Source: Eledone cirrhosa
Lineage: Eukaryota
Direction of reading: 5' to 3'
Assembly (NCBI GenBank): GCA_964016885.1
Contig: OZ024740.1
Location: 172,484,001-172,548,000 of the forward strand
Length of the DNA: 64,000 bases
This document shows, one piece after another, positions 1-13,570 of this stretch. The first letter of the stretch is position 1. The number at the start of each line of letters is the position of its first letter. A model generated the notes under the pieces. It was not told where the DNA came from. It was given only the letters and a program-made list of their open reading frames with translations, and searched no databases. The position numbers and the translations under genes were made by a program.

Positions 1-49
<49 letters not shown>

Positions 50-258
50 CAATATGTTGAAAACGCAGAGTGCTCAATAGACGCAGCCTCAACTATGTTT
101 AGAGTTAACGTTACATTTTTTTCAAAATCCACCTAGAAATGTTTTCACAGGCTGTAGCTTCCGAAAGGGCTCAATGAACTAATGTTTATAGTATTATAGG
201 CTCCTAAATACTTGTTTATTGAGCACTAGTGTAGACTCCTGTCACGAAATGAATTTAT

Positions 259-406
259 TAATAATAATAATAATAATAATGATTTCATTTATTAGCCACA
301 AGAGCCGACATGTAGGGGACAATACAAAGACAGGGACAGTGGGGTTTGCAATAAGGTCGAGTAAAAGTGCACAATGGCAAGACTAATTTAACAATGAAGA
401 TATACA
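259..406 (-). mobile_element. 5'-truncated 3' end of a Tx1/L1-like element in an (ATT)n tract
   Basis: Reverse complement reads CATGTCGGCTCTTGTGGCTAATAAATGAAATC(ATT)n, close to the 3' end of the element at 34.6-40.6 kb (ATGTCAGCCCTTGTAGCCAATAAAGAAATC(ATT)n); (AAT)n on both sides. Confidence 0.65.
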
Positions 407-407
407 A

Positions 408-460
<53 letters not shown>

Positions 461-462
<2 letters not shown>

Positions 463-517
463 TTTCTACTTTTGGCACAAGGCCAGCAGTTTTCCCAGTG
501 CTTTATTTTATCAACCC
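461..517 (-). mobile_element. 3' fragment of the major tRNA-derived SINE
   Basis: 57 bp identical to 5069-5125, including a variant internal deletion not seen in other copies in the window. Confidence 0.8.
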
Positions 518-1385
518 AAATCGCTCCCGTAAGTTTTGAATTTTTAACATATTTAACTCATTTGTGAAATAACAACTCTTAGTACAAATGCTACGTAAAG
601 CACCCGGCTTGAGCCCCAAAAAATTCGGACCCAAAATATATTGTTATAAGGCTCAAATATTCAAATATTCAACTTTGTATTGTACACTGTATATCCAAAA
701 AAAAAAAATGGCTATAAATGGAAGAAGAAGAACCCCCCCCCCTCCTCTCCTCTGGCTACACTATATGGGACAGCTAAACTCACCAACACCAGAAACTAGA
801 TACACCACCCACCCCGTCATCTGTGTACACTAAACACAACAGCATTTTCACCTTCACCGCCACCGCTCACTACGGCCATCATTACCACCACTATCCCATC
901 ACCGCCGCCACCACCCCTTGACTCCTTCACTGCTGCTGCCACCGCTACAGCACCATCACTACAGTAATACGGTCGCATCACCGCCACCACTGCCTCGGTA
1001 TCGACATCACCACCACCACTGTCTCAGTATCGCCAACGCCGCCAGTCTCCCACTTCTCCCTGCTGGCTGCCACTTCCACATTATAGAATTCCTACTACTA
1101 ACAAAGAGGAAGGCATCAAAATATATAGATAGACTCAAAAGAAAAAAGAAAAAACAAACAACAAAACCAAAGCAGCACAGCAACAACAGCAAAAAACGAG
1201 AAAAACAAACAGAGAAAAACAAAAACAAAAAAAGAAACCCCCAAAACGTAAAGAAAATAAGAATGAAGAGAGAAGCAGGCGGACGGACAGAGAAGAGGGG
1301 GGAAAAAGTAAAACTTAAAAAACAAAAACTAAGTCAGACATTCGAATACTACATTACAATGAAACTTATGCTTATTCATTTTTGG

Positions 1386-4300
1386 GGCCCTTTCTGCCCG
1401 TGTGTTTGTTTGTTTATGTGTGTTCGTATACAGCGTGGTGATAATGCCACACAAGGGCCAAGTGGGATGGCGGATCCACAGATGGCTATGTAAACATACA
1501 TTCGCCAATCCTCGATAAGAGTGTTTAAATATCGAACATAAACAGTTCGAATAACGGTGAAATGGAGACTAGAACGTCATGTGACAGACTCTCACCCAAC
1601 AGGTGCCCCCTGGCTCAGCAGCAGGAACCTGACTGTCAACCAAATACTGCTGATGTTGGAGGAAGAAGAAGAAGGAAAGGGGCCAGAACCAACTGGACGA
1701 AAGAATTGAATAGAACTGTTATGCAATGCTACCTGAAAAGTAACCCCAAGGAGAGGGGCTACAGGAGACGGATGCATAACATCTGGAACGAGATTGGTTT
1801 ATTTAAATTAGATGAACAAAAATTGGCCGGGCAGGCTCGGGTAATAAGAACTAATGGGTGGATAAGCGAGCTGGAACTGGAGGAACTGAGCAGAGAGAAT
1901 GGCTTGGAGATGGCGGGTGTAGTATGCCAGACAAGCGAGCCGGCGGGAAATGAAGGTGAGGAGGTCCTGAGAACGGAGGAACCACCCGAAGCAAACAATG
2001 ATCTGAATACTGAGATAAATAATACCTGGAACAGAGATACGGCCACTGAGGAGATGAATGCTGACGGGCTAGGACAAGATTCGGTTGACATCCTAAATTT
2101 AGTTGTAGATGAGTTGAACAATGATAGTGGGAGACCTATGAACCTAAGATTTGTAGACAGGAAAAAGTTAAAAGAAACAACAGCTAAGGTAAACAAAGTC
2201 ATCCCATACCTTGAGGCGAGGAGTCTTCACCAGTGCAACAATATCCTCAAAGCAACAGCAAATACGGTGAGGAAACTACTTGGTATAAAAGCGAGAGGAA
2301 ACAACAGACAAGAAAGAGCAGAGCCGTGGTGGAAGAAGCGACTGAGTGGGCAAATCGGGGAAATGAGAAATGACATAGGAAAGCTTGAGTCACTACTGAA
2401 TGGGACACTAAAAAACATAGGCACTAAAAATAGACTGGAAATAAAATACAAAACTAGGAGTAAAAAGCTAAATATTATCATAGAGGAATTGAAGCAACGC
2501 ATTGTAGCAAAGAGTGCCAAAATCAGGCGATACGAGAACAGAGTCAGTCAGTATAAACAGAACCGCATGTTCGACAACAACCAGAAGATGCTGTTTGGAC
2601 AGCTTGAGGGGAAAGAAAGAGGCAACGACTTGATCCCTGGGGCGGAACAAGCTAAAACATTCTGGAGAGGAATATGGGAGCAGGATGTTAGACACAATGC
2701 CCAGGCAGGGTGGATTGAGACAGTACAGAGGGAGATCGGTGAGCAGGCACAACAACAGACTGATTTGAGTATCACAGTTGAAACTCTTAAGGGGCAAGCC
2801 AAAAAACTAACCAACTGGAAATCACCAGGTCCAGATGGTGTGCAGGGGTATTGGATTAAACATTTAACATCCCTCCACCCGAAGCTGACGGCCATGTTCA
2901 ATGACTGCTTGGTGTCGGGTGAGGTGCCAGAGTGGTTGACAAAAGGTACCACAGTTCTGATAATGAAAGACCGAATCAAGGGTAATGATGTTACCAACTA
3001 TAGACCTATCACATGTCTGCCCGTAATGTGGAAACTGTTGACGAGCATTGTGTCTGAGGAAATCTACCATCACCTCCACACAAACAACTTGTTACCGGAC
3101 GAACAGAAAGGATGCCGAAAGAAGTCACGTGGTACAAAGGACCAGTTGCTTATTGATAAGATGGTAATGGGGAATTGCAGGAGGAGACACACTGATCTTG
3201 CCATGGGATGGATAGACTACAGAAAGGCATTTGACATGGTGCCTCATTCCTGGATCACCAAAAGCCTGGAGATCTTCAGGGTGGCAGATAACATCAGACA
3301 GTTGCTGGGCAGGAGTATGGGGTCCTGGGAAACAGAGTTGACATCAACTGGAGTATCCTTGGGAAGCGTGAAGATCAAGAGAGGTATCTTCCAGGGAGAT
3401 AGCCTGTCCCCTCTGTTGTTTGTCCTTGCCCTGATGCCCTTGACCATTATGCTGCGAAAAGTGAGAGCAGGATACAAGTTGGGAAGGGGAGAGCTTACCA
3501 TCAATCACCTCCTCTTCATGGACGATCTTAAGCTCTTCGGGAAAAGTGAGAAGGAGTTGGATGTGCTTGTTGACACTGTCCGTATTTTCAGCAGTGATAT
3601 ATGTATGCAGTTTGGTATTGGTAAATGTGGAGTCATTGTGATGAAGAGGGGTAGGTTGAGCAGAAGTAACGGGATCCAGATACCAACAGGTGAGATGATA
3701 AAGGAAATTGACTCTGAGGAAGGATACAAGTATTTGGGCGTTCTGGAGGCTGATGGCATAAAGAACAAAAAAATGAAGGAATTGTTAAGAACTGAATACA
3801 TTCGGAGAGTAAGGAGCGTATTGAAGTCACATCTGAACAGCAGAAATGCCATAAGCGCAGTAAATTCCCGAGCTGTGTCTATTATTAGGTACAGTGCGGG
3901 AATTCTGAGATGGAATGTTGCTGAACAAAAAGAAATGGATAGGAAGACTAGGAAGCTATTGACTATCTACAACATGTTCCACAAGAGGAGTGATGTCGAT
4001 AGACTCTACCTAAGGAGATCTGAGGGTGGAAGAGGTCTTATCAGCATAGAGGACTGTGTTCAGATGGAGAAAAACAACCTATACAAATACGTGACCTATA
4101 GTAAGGAGCCAATGCTCAGAGCTGTACTGAAGGAGGGGTCAGTAGGCCAGGGGATATCCAAGGAGGAAATAACATCAAGGAGGAAGAGCAGCCTTAAGGG
4201 AAAATCCCTTCATAGTACCTTCTTTGAGAAAACTGAATTTAGAGATCCACAGACATGGAACTGGTTGAGAAGAGGAGACCTCAAAAAGGCTACAGAAGGA

Positions 4301-5029
4301 ATGCTAATGGCTGCGCAGGAACAGGCCCTCAAAACGAAGTGGTTGAAACACCACATTTACAAGGAGGAGGCTAGCCCACGGTGCAGGATCTGTGGAGAGA
4401 GAGAGAGGAGACTGTGGCTCACATTGTGTCCGAGTGTAAACACCTAGCCCAGACCAACTATAAGGGCTGGAGACACGATGTGATGGGCAGGGTGATCCAC
4501 TGGCACCTGTGCAAAGTAAACAATCTACCACATTCTGAGAAATGGTATGAGCATAGGCCAGAGGCGGTGATGGAGAACAGTCAGGTGAAGGTGCTGTGGG
4601 ATTTTAGGATACAGACGGACAAAAAACTGGAACACAATAGACCTGACCTGGTGGTTGTGGACAAAGAAAAAAGATCGTGCCTGATTGTGGATGTGGCCTG
4701 CCCGTTCGACACGAGAGTGCAAGAGAAGGAGAGGGAGAAAATTAACCGATACCAGGACCTAAAGTGGGAGGTGAAAAGGATTTGGAACTGCCATGAAGTC
4801 AAAGTGATCCCGATTGTCATAGGCGCACTGGGGACTATCTCCAAAGGTTTCCAGGGATGGTTAAAGAAAATCGGCCCCTTCACGCTTTTTGGAACGCTTC
4901 AAAAGGCATGCTTGCTTGGAACAGCAAGAACCCTCCGATACGTCCTGAATATCTGAGGCTGCAGGTAGTGGCTTGATATTCAATCCAACGGACTTTCCAG
5001 TTAACCAACATCAATGACTGAGATTCAAG
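1386..5029 (+). mobile_element. R4/Dong-like non-LTR retrotransposon (RT + restriction-like endonuclease); 5' boundary uncertain
   Basis: Single long ORF with RT, CCHC and REL motifs; short 3' UTR followed by (AAT)n, as known for TAA-targeting Dong-type R4 elements. Confidence 0.85.
1562..4956 (+). pseudogene. RT-REL polyprotein with one frameshift at ~4395-4410
   Basis: KSPGPDG, NYRPITCL, WIDYRKAFDMV, GIFQGDSLSP, LLFMDDLKL in 1562-4447; CRICG..ETVAHIVSEC, RHD, RPDLVVVD..IVDVACP..EKINRY in frame 4381-4956; an extra AG in a (GA)n run splits the frames. Confidence 0.9.
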
Positions 5030-5068
5030 GAATAACAATAACAATAATAATAATAATAATAATAATAA

Positions 5069-5392
5069 TGTTTCTACTTTTGGCACAAGGCCAGCAGTTT
5101 TCCCAGTGCTTTATTTTATCAACCCCGTAAGGATGTAAGGCAAAGTTAACCTGGCGGGATTTGAACTCAGAACGTAAAGGGTCATAACTAATAATAATAA
5201 TAATTGTTTCTACTTTTGAGCACAAGGCCAGCAATTATCCCAGTGTATTACTGATACTTTATTTTATCGACCCCGTAAGGATAAAAGGCAAAGTTAACCT
5301 CGGCGGGATTTGAACTGAGTTCGTAAAGGGACGTAACTGTGCTACAAAGCATGGCGTCCGACCATCTACCGATACTGCCAATCCACCGCCCT
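5069..5392 (-). mobile_element. Two tandem copies of the major tRNA-derived SINE
   Basis: Match to the window consensus (GAGTTCAAATCC B box, GCCTTTCATCCTTACGGGGTCGATAAAAT body, GTAGAAACA(ATT)n tail). Confidence 0.85.
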
Positions 5393-5452
5393 TTAATAAT
5401 AATAATAATAATTATAATGATAATAACAAAGACAATAACACACACACACACA

Positions 5453-5624
<172 letters not shown>

Positions 5625-6009
5625 ATAGATATCCCAGTAGGTACTAGGTACCCACGGAAATATATATGGTATCTATAATAGTGGTTGTTCTATGGTACTA
5701 ATTTGAGCTTTCCATTGGAAATTCTCTGAATTTCCAATCTTTTGATAAGCGAAACCGCCGGTCATAGCACTAGAAGAGGTAAATATTTAAATCGTATTTT
5801 AATTTATTTGAAAGATTGTTTAATGTTTACTTGTTCCGCTCATATATATATATGTATATAAACTGGTTCTTTATATATATATACATATATCTTCTACTTT
5901 TGACTGTATATACTGTATATATATATATATTCACACAGGCACATATATATGCATGCATACATATATACATACATACATACATACATACATACATACATAC
6001 ATACATACA

Positions 6010-6045
<36 letters not shown>

Positions 6046-6061
6046 TGTAAATATATATATG

Positions 6062-6139
<78 letters not shown>

Positions 6140-6376
6140 TATATATTCATTTCATTTATTGATTTATTGATAATTTATCTGAGTGTCCCGAATCTTCCAT
6201 ATCGAACTTTTCGGTTATTTGGTTGATTGTAGACATATTCTACGTGTGACGGTATTTTAACGATAGTTATAGCTCTAATTTATTTGAATTATAGAGCCCT
6301 CTGCCGCTCATCTCGAATTTTGTTTATCGTGAACTCGTGCGCCGATTTTTCGATACTCGATTATTCTACTATATAT

Positions 6377-6531
<155 letters not shown>

Positions 6532-6683
6532 ATACTTTGGGAGGGTCATGTTGCCAATAAGAAACACACGCACCAGTTGCTTTCACTTCAATTTATTATT
6601 ATAATAAATTTATAATAAATTTATAAATTTATAAATTTCTGGTTGGTTGGTTGGTTCCACAACCAGATAGTTGTTTATATATT

Positions 6684-6726
6684 GTCATAGTTCTTTCGTC
6701 ACACACTCTGTGACCTCTTCAGTGAC
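6684..6726 (-). ncRNA. Type I hammerhead ribozyme motif, family A (PLE terminus)
   Basis: Exact reverse complement of 13571-13613. Confidence 0.8.
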
Positions 6727-6927
6727 TGGGGATTCCTTTCTTTGTTTCTGTGCCTCTCCTTTGTTCTGTCCTACGCCATTTTGTTTCTGTGTGTGTGTTG
6801 TGTGCTCAGTCTGCGCATGCGCCACATCCGGGTGTCTGTGTGTGTTTATGTTCATTTATTTATTTGTTTATTTACATGTTACTGGTTGGTTGTTTGTTCT
6901 ATGTGTGTGTGTGTTTTCATTTTGTCC

Positions 6928-9900
6928 TTAATTGTAAGTTGTGATGTTGCTGTTCCACTCATATTTTCTATTTAATGTTGGTTGTAATTCTTTTATGTTT
7001 ATTGCCTCTGTAATTTGTCTAAACATTGCGTCTTTTCTGTGTGTAGATTCTATTTTTATTTCTATGTTCTCTAATTTACCCTTGTGTTCTGTTTTAGCAT
7101 GTTGGTAGAGTACAGATGATTCTTTACTATCTTGAAGGTCTCACCAGTGTTCATTTATCCGTTCCCCTACACTTCGAGCTGTCTCACCTATGTACACTAT
7201 ATTTTTGTCTCTACATTGTCCTTCAGTACATCTTATGCTATACACTACACTTCTAGTTTTACAGTTAATATGGGGGCTTATTTTACAGGTTATACATTTC
7301 TTATCTATACAGAGGGGTCTTTGAAAAGGGTATGTCTTGCTAATAAGTGTTTTTCCGGAGGTACCTGGTATTTCTACTATCTTAATATTGAGTTTATGTT
7401 TATTTAGGGCCCTTCTAAATTTGTAAGCTAATTCACCTCTAGGGGTTGTATCGATGAACATTACACTCTGGTATTTATTGCTATCATACCATGAGTTTAT
7501 TCTATTAGCCTTGTTCCTAGTTCTTTCTATTCTATTCCAAAATTTGCTCCTATACAAGGGGCAGGTCCCATTTATGTCATTATTTACCATTTTTTCCCAT
7601 TTGGTTCTGGCTCCTCTATACACTCTGATTTTATCTCTCTGATTGTAGCCAGAGAACTGCATACGGTGGATGAAGTGTTGTATGTGTCTCTCTAGTTCTT
7701 CGGGGTTGCACATGCGGGACACGTTTCTCATCACCCGTACCAAATCCGCAATCAGTATGTTGATTTTGGTATGGTCCGAAACGGCCGAGTTCCGGTGGAA
7801 CAGATGTTTGGAAGTCATGGGTTTGGCATAATGGGAATGGAGGATTTGTTTTTTGTTATTAATGGTATCTAACCAGAGCTCTGTGTCTAGTACAGGTAAT
7901 CGATGGTTGGGGTGTTTACTTGGGTAGTCTATAGTAACTCTAATGCTCTGGTGGATGGAGTTAGCTATTTGCTGGATGCTTTCCATTGTGTTTTTCTCTA
8001 GTTCCTTAATTGTTCTCTAGTGGGGGTGTCTTAACTACGATGTTTATATCAACGTAGCGGGAGTACATTATCAGGGTTAAGGGGTCTTCTAATTGTTCTT
8101 TAAGCTTAAGTTTAAGTCTACTGTCCCACCACACCATGAATAAGTTAGCTATGTCGCCTGCAATGCTAACACCAATGGCTGCTCCTTCCTCTTGGGCATA
8201 TGTTTTTCCATTAAATTTTAACATATGTTCTTTAAGGGTTAGGTTTATGCTGGCCCCTACCGCATGTGCAATCATTTTCTTCAGTTCATCGTGGTTTTCG
8301 GGTGTCCGTATGGCTCTGGTCCACCCGTTCCATCTATCTGTGTGGGTTTTCTTGGCCATTGAGGTAATGGTAGGTGGTCTGCCTCTTGCTGGTCTTGTAG
8401 GGCACAGGTTGCTAAGGTCATATGTGTCTAGGTAACTATTACTATGGGTAAGCTTAAGTAGAAGTCCCAGTTCACTGGTATCAATCCCACGGAACTTAAC
8501 ATTGCTGTCACTGATCATTTCTACGCATTTCTCCACAGAAAACTCCACGTCAATAGATGGATACAGGGACACAACATCCATACTACCTATTATACAGTTT
8601 GTTAGGTCCCTAGATCGGTTACTCACGCCGATTCTGCTGAGGAGGTCCTCCGTGCTGTCACATACATCTGGGGACATTTCGATGATGGGGCGTATGATCA
8701 GGGAGATGAAGTAGGACAGTCTGTAGTTACTAGCAATGTTAGCTCCACAGACTGGCCGTGTTGGTGGTCCCGCGACAGGGTCACAGCCCGTTTTATGGTC
8801 TTTTCGAAGCCCATACAACGCCGGCACGTCATTGTTCCAGGCTTGGAAGTTGTTGGCAGTCCTTTTGTTGGGCTGCATTATATTCGTCCACATCACCATA
8901 TGGGCATTGAGGGCTTTTTCTCTATCCTCATGCTCCTGTGGTGTTACCTCTCTTGTGTTAGTGATGTGGGGTTGCATTGCCTGGATGTAGTTTGGCAGGC
9001 TGTCAACCGACATTCTGCCAGACTTGTCTGTTGGAAAGCATGCTATCTCTCCATTACGCGAGCGCTGCATGAGCTTACGCAAGCCATTTGCAGATTTTTC
9101 TCCCAGTTGCTGGGCCTCCATTCTATTATGCTTCTTGCTATACTGTTCTATAATATTTCTAAGTTCGGATCTAGCTATACTAAATTGTGCTTCTGTTTGT
9201 TCATCGACCTGCGACGGCAATTGCGTGCGTTTGTTAAATGGTAAAGTCGTGGCGTGGACTCGTTGCAGGTCGAACGATTTATCGGAGGGATTATAAAAAC
9301 TAGAGTTCCAGGCTGCTGCTTTATGTGTACTAGTGCTATTGTTATTGTTAGTTGTGTTGTTTCTATTTCTATTTCCACCAACAGCCTCATGGTTGTTTCT
9401 ATGTCTCTCATAATTACTCCTGTCTCTTTCCACTTGCTCATTGTTGTTATCTACCCTATTTTGTGTGTCTGTGTGTTCGTCTTGGTTATTTTCTTTGTCC
9501 TTAGTCTCCCTTCTCCTTTTAATCCTATTACTTTCCCTTATTTCTGTGATTTCTGTGCTACTGTCATTACTTGTTCTCTGTGTCTGTGTGTTTGTTAAGA
9601 TTGTGGTGATGGTGAGAGGCATTGAATGTGTGTGTGTTGTTGTTGTTGATGTGTGCTGTTGTTGATGTGTGTTATTGTTGTCTCCGTGTGTGTTATTATT
9701 GTTGTGTGTGTTGTTATTGTTGTTTGTGTCTGCGTGTCTGTTGTTGTTTCTGGGTATGTTATTATTGTTGTTGTTGTTGGTGTGTGTGTTGTTGTTATTG
9801 TTGTTTGTGGCTGTGTGTCTGTTGTTGTTGGGATGTGTGTTGTATATGTGTGTGCGTATATTGTTGCTTTTGTTTTTGTTTTTGTTTTTGAGGCTCCAGC

Positions 9901-10624
9901 GTAGTTTTGTAAATGATTTTTCTATTTCTGACAGACAACTAATCATATTTACCTTCTTGAATGTCGAATACCTAGGTAGAAATTGTAATGCAGATAATTC
10001 ATCGTCATCTATTATTGTGTTGCCGTATATATTTGTGTTGTTGTTGTTGTTGAACTCATCTGTTAATGAGGTGTCGGCCATATTTATACCGTCAATTTTG
10101 TCGGGATATCTATTGGTATTCTCTATAGTATCCTGATTTAGCTTTATCTGCTTAAGCCACTTTAGTTTCTTGTTAAAGTGCTTATCACATTCTTGAGTAA
10201 TGTACTGTTCTTCAGGACGTATAAGGCTTATAAATATTAGTTTCTCTCTTGGTGTGGTGATCCTAGCTATTTCTTGTATTAGGTTACGCTTATGTTTTTC
10301 TTGATGACTTAATTCTCTATAGATCTTCTTTTTTATGTTTAGAATTAGTGTTCGTTTTAGCCTATCTGCTTGTTTTTTGGTGAGTTGTAATCTTCTTACG
10401 TCGGTGTTGATGGTGTTGGTGTAAACTCGGGATGAGGCACATTCTTTTATGATTTGTAGTTGTCGAGATGTTATGGTTTTTCGTAGACAACAGAACATGG
10501 TGGTTTTCAGTATCTTGTTAGCCTGGCTAAGGCTTACGATATTTCGTTTCTGAATTTGTTTAGCAAGATTCTTTATCTGAAATCGTGTGTTGAAACCGAT
10601 ATTGTTATACTTTGGGAGGGTCAT
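6928..10624 (-). pseudogene. PLE RT + GIY-YIG endonuclease, disrupted
   Basis: PTDKSG, LYGLRKDHK, PTRPVC, SMDVVSLYPSI, QEEGAAIG, YSRYVDI, LPVLD, Cys-rich linker CIDKKCITC..HINC, VVYSIRC..YIGETAR; frameshift ~8008 and TGA at 7141. Confidence 0.9.
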
Positions 10625-10689
10625 GTTGCCAATAAGAAACACAGGCACCAGTTGCTTTCACTTCAACAACAACAACACACACACATTCA

Positions 10690-13369
10690 ATGCCTCTCAC
10701 CACCACCACAATCTTAACAAACACACAGACACAGAGAACAAGTAATGACAGTAGCACAGAAATCACAGAAATAAGGGAAAGTAATAGGATTAAAAGGAGA
10801 AGGGAGATTAAGGACAAAGAAAATAACCAAGACGAACACACAGACACACAAAATAGGGTAGATAACAACAATGAGCCAGTGGAAAGAGACAGGAGTAATT
10901 ATGAGAGACATAGAAACAACCATGAGGCTGTTGGTGGAAATAGAAATAGAAACAACACAACTAACAATAACAATACACATAAAGCAGCAGCCTGGAACTC
11001 TAGTTTTTATAATCCCTCCGATAAATCGTTCGACCTGCAACGAGTCCACGCCACGACTTTACCATTTAACAAACGCACGCAATTGCCGTCGCAGGTCGAT
11101 GAACAAACAGAAGCACAATTTAGTATAGCTAGATCCGAACTTAGAAATATTATAGAACAGTATAGCAAGAAGCATAATAGAATGGAGGCCCAGCAACTGG
11201 GAGAAAAATCTGCAAATGGCTTGCGTAAGCTCATGCAGCGCTCGCGTAATGGAGAGATAGCATGCTTTCCAACAGACAAGTCTGGCAGAATGTCGGTTGA
11301 CAGCCTGCCAAACTACATCCAGGCAATGCAACCCCACATCACTAACACAAGAGAGGTAACACCACAGGAGCATGAGGATAGAGAAAAAGCCCTCAATGCC
11401 CATATGGTGATGTGGACGAATATAATGCAGCCCAACAAAAGGACTGCCAACAACTTCCAAGCCTGGAACAATGACGTGCCGGCGTTGTATGGGCTTCGAA
11501 AAGACCATAAAACGGGCTGTGACCCTGTCGCGGGACCACCAACACGGCCAGTCTGTGGAGCTAACATTGCTAGTAACTACAGACTGTCCTACTTCATCTC
11601 CCTGATCATACGCCCCATCATCGAAATGTCCCCAGATGTATGTGACAGCACGGAGGACCTCCTCAGCAGAATCGGCGAGAGTAACCGATCTAGGGACCTA
11701 ACAAACTGTATAATAGGTAGTATGGATGTTGTGTCCCTGTATCCATCTATTGACGTGGAGTTTGCTGTGGAGAAATGCGTAGAAATGATCAGTGACAGCA
11801 ATGTTGAGTTCCTTGGGATTGATACCAGTGAGCTGGAACTCCTACTTAAACTTACCTATAGTAATAATTACCTAGACACATATGACCTTAGCAACCTGTG
11901 CCCTACAAGACCAGCAAGAGGCAGACCACCTACCATTACCTCAATGGCCAAGAAAACCCACACAGATAGATGGAACGGGTGGACCAGAGCCATACGGACA
12001 CCCGAAAACCACGATGAACTGAAGAAAATGATTGCACATGCGGTAGGGGCCAGCATAAAACTAACCCTTAAGGAACATATGTTCAAATTTAATAGAAAAA
12101 CATATGCCCAAGAGGAAGGAGCAGCCATTGGTGTTAGCATTGCAGGCGACATAGCTAACTTATTCATGGTGTGGTGGGACAGTAGACTTAAACTTAAGCT
12201 TAAAGAACAATTAGAAGACCCCTTAACCCTGATAATGTACTCCCGCTACGTTGATATAAACATCGTAGTTAAGACACCCCCACTAGAGAACAATTAAGGA
12301 ACTAGAGAAAAACACAATGGAAAGCATCCAGCAAATAGCTAACTCCATCCACCAGAGCATTAGAGTTACTATAGACTACCCAAGTAAATACCCCAACCAT
12401 CGATTATCTGTACTAGACACAGAGCTCTTGTTAGATACCATTAATAACAAAAACAAATCCTCCATTCCCATCATGCCAAACCCATGACTTCCAAACATCT
12501 GATCCACCGAAACTCAGCCGTTTCGGACCATACCAAAATCAACATACTGATTGCGGATTTGGTACGGGTGATGAGAAACGTGTCCCGCATGTGCAACCCC
12601 GAAGAACTAGAGAGACACATACAACACTTCATCCACCGTATGCAGTTCTCTGGCTACAATCAGAGAGATAAAATCAGAGTGTATAATGGGAACCAAATGG
12701 GAAAAAATGGGAAATAATGACACAAATGGGACCTGCCCCTTGTATAGGAGCAAATTTTGGAATAGAATAGAAAGAACTAGGAAGAAGACTAATAGAATAA
12801 ACTCATGGTATGATAGCAATAAATACCAGAGTGTAATGTTCATCGATACAACCCCTAGAGGTGAATTAGCTTACAAATTTAGAAGGGCCCTAAATAAACA
12901 TAAACTCAATATTAAGATAGTAGAAATACCAGGTACCTCCGGAAAAACACTTATTAGCAAGACATACCCTTTTCAATGACCCTCATGTATAGATAAGAAA
13001 TGTATAACCTGTAAAATAAGCCCCCATATTAACTGTAAAACTAGAAATGTAGTGTATAGCATAAGATGTACTGAAGGACAATGTAGAGACAAAAATATAG
13101 TGTACATAGGTGAGACAGCTCGTAGTGTAGGGGAACGGATAAATGAACACTGGCGAGACCTTCAAGATAGTAAAGAATCATCTGTACTCTACCAACATGC
13201 TAAAATAGAACACAAGGGTAAAATAGAGAACATAGAAATAAAAATAGAATCTATACACAGAAAAGACGCAATGTTTAGACAAATTACAGAGGCAATAAAC
13301 ATAAAAGAATTACAACCAAAATTAAATAGAATATATGAGTGGAACAGCAACATCACAACTTACAATTAA
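10690..13369 (+). pseudogene. PLE RT + GIY-YIG endonuclease, truncated and multiply frameshifted
   Basis: ORF pieces 10690-12297 (RT), 12484-12979 (thumb/linker), 13052-13369 (YIGETARS..ERINEH..RQITEAINI..PKLN). Confidence 0.9.
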
Positions 13370-13570
13370 GGACAAAATGAAAACACACACACACATAGAA
13401 CAAACCACCAACCTGGAACATGTAAATAAACAAATAAATAAATGAACATAAACACACACAGACACCCGGATGTGGCGCATGCGCAAACTGAGCACACAAC
13501 ACACACACAGAAACAAAATGGCGTAGGACAGAACAAAGGAGAGGCACAGAAACAAAGAAAGGAATCCCCA

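Noticed and set aside
918-1493. 191 aa ORF as an ORF1 of the R4-like element
   Set aside because: TTG start, low-complexity composition; R4-clade elements have a single ORF.
7141-7143. In-frame TGA in the PLE endonuclease region (also 12977-12979) as selenocysteine, as in Naiad PLEs
   Set aside because: The other arm has Arg codons (CGA, AGA) at these positions, not Cys; they are ordinary nonsense mutations.
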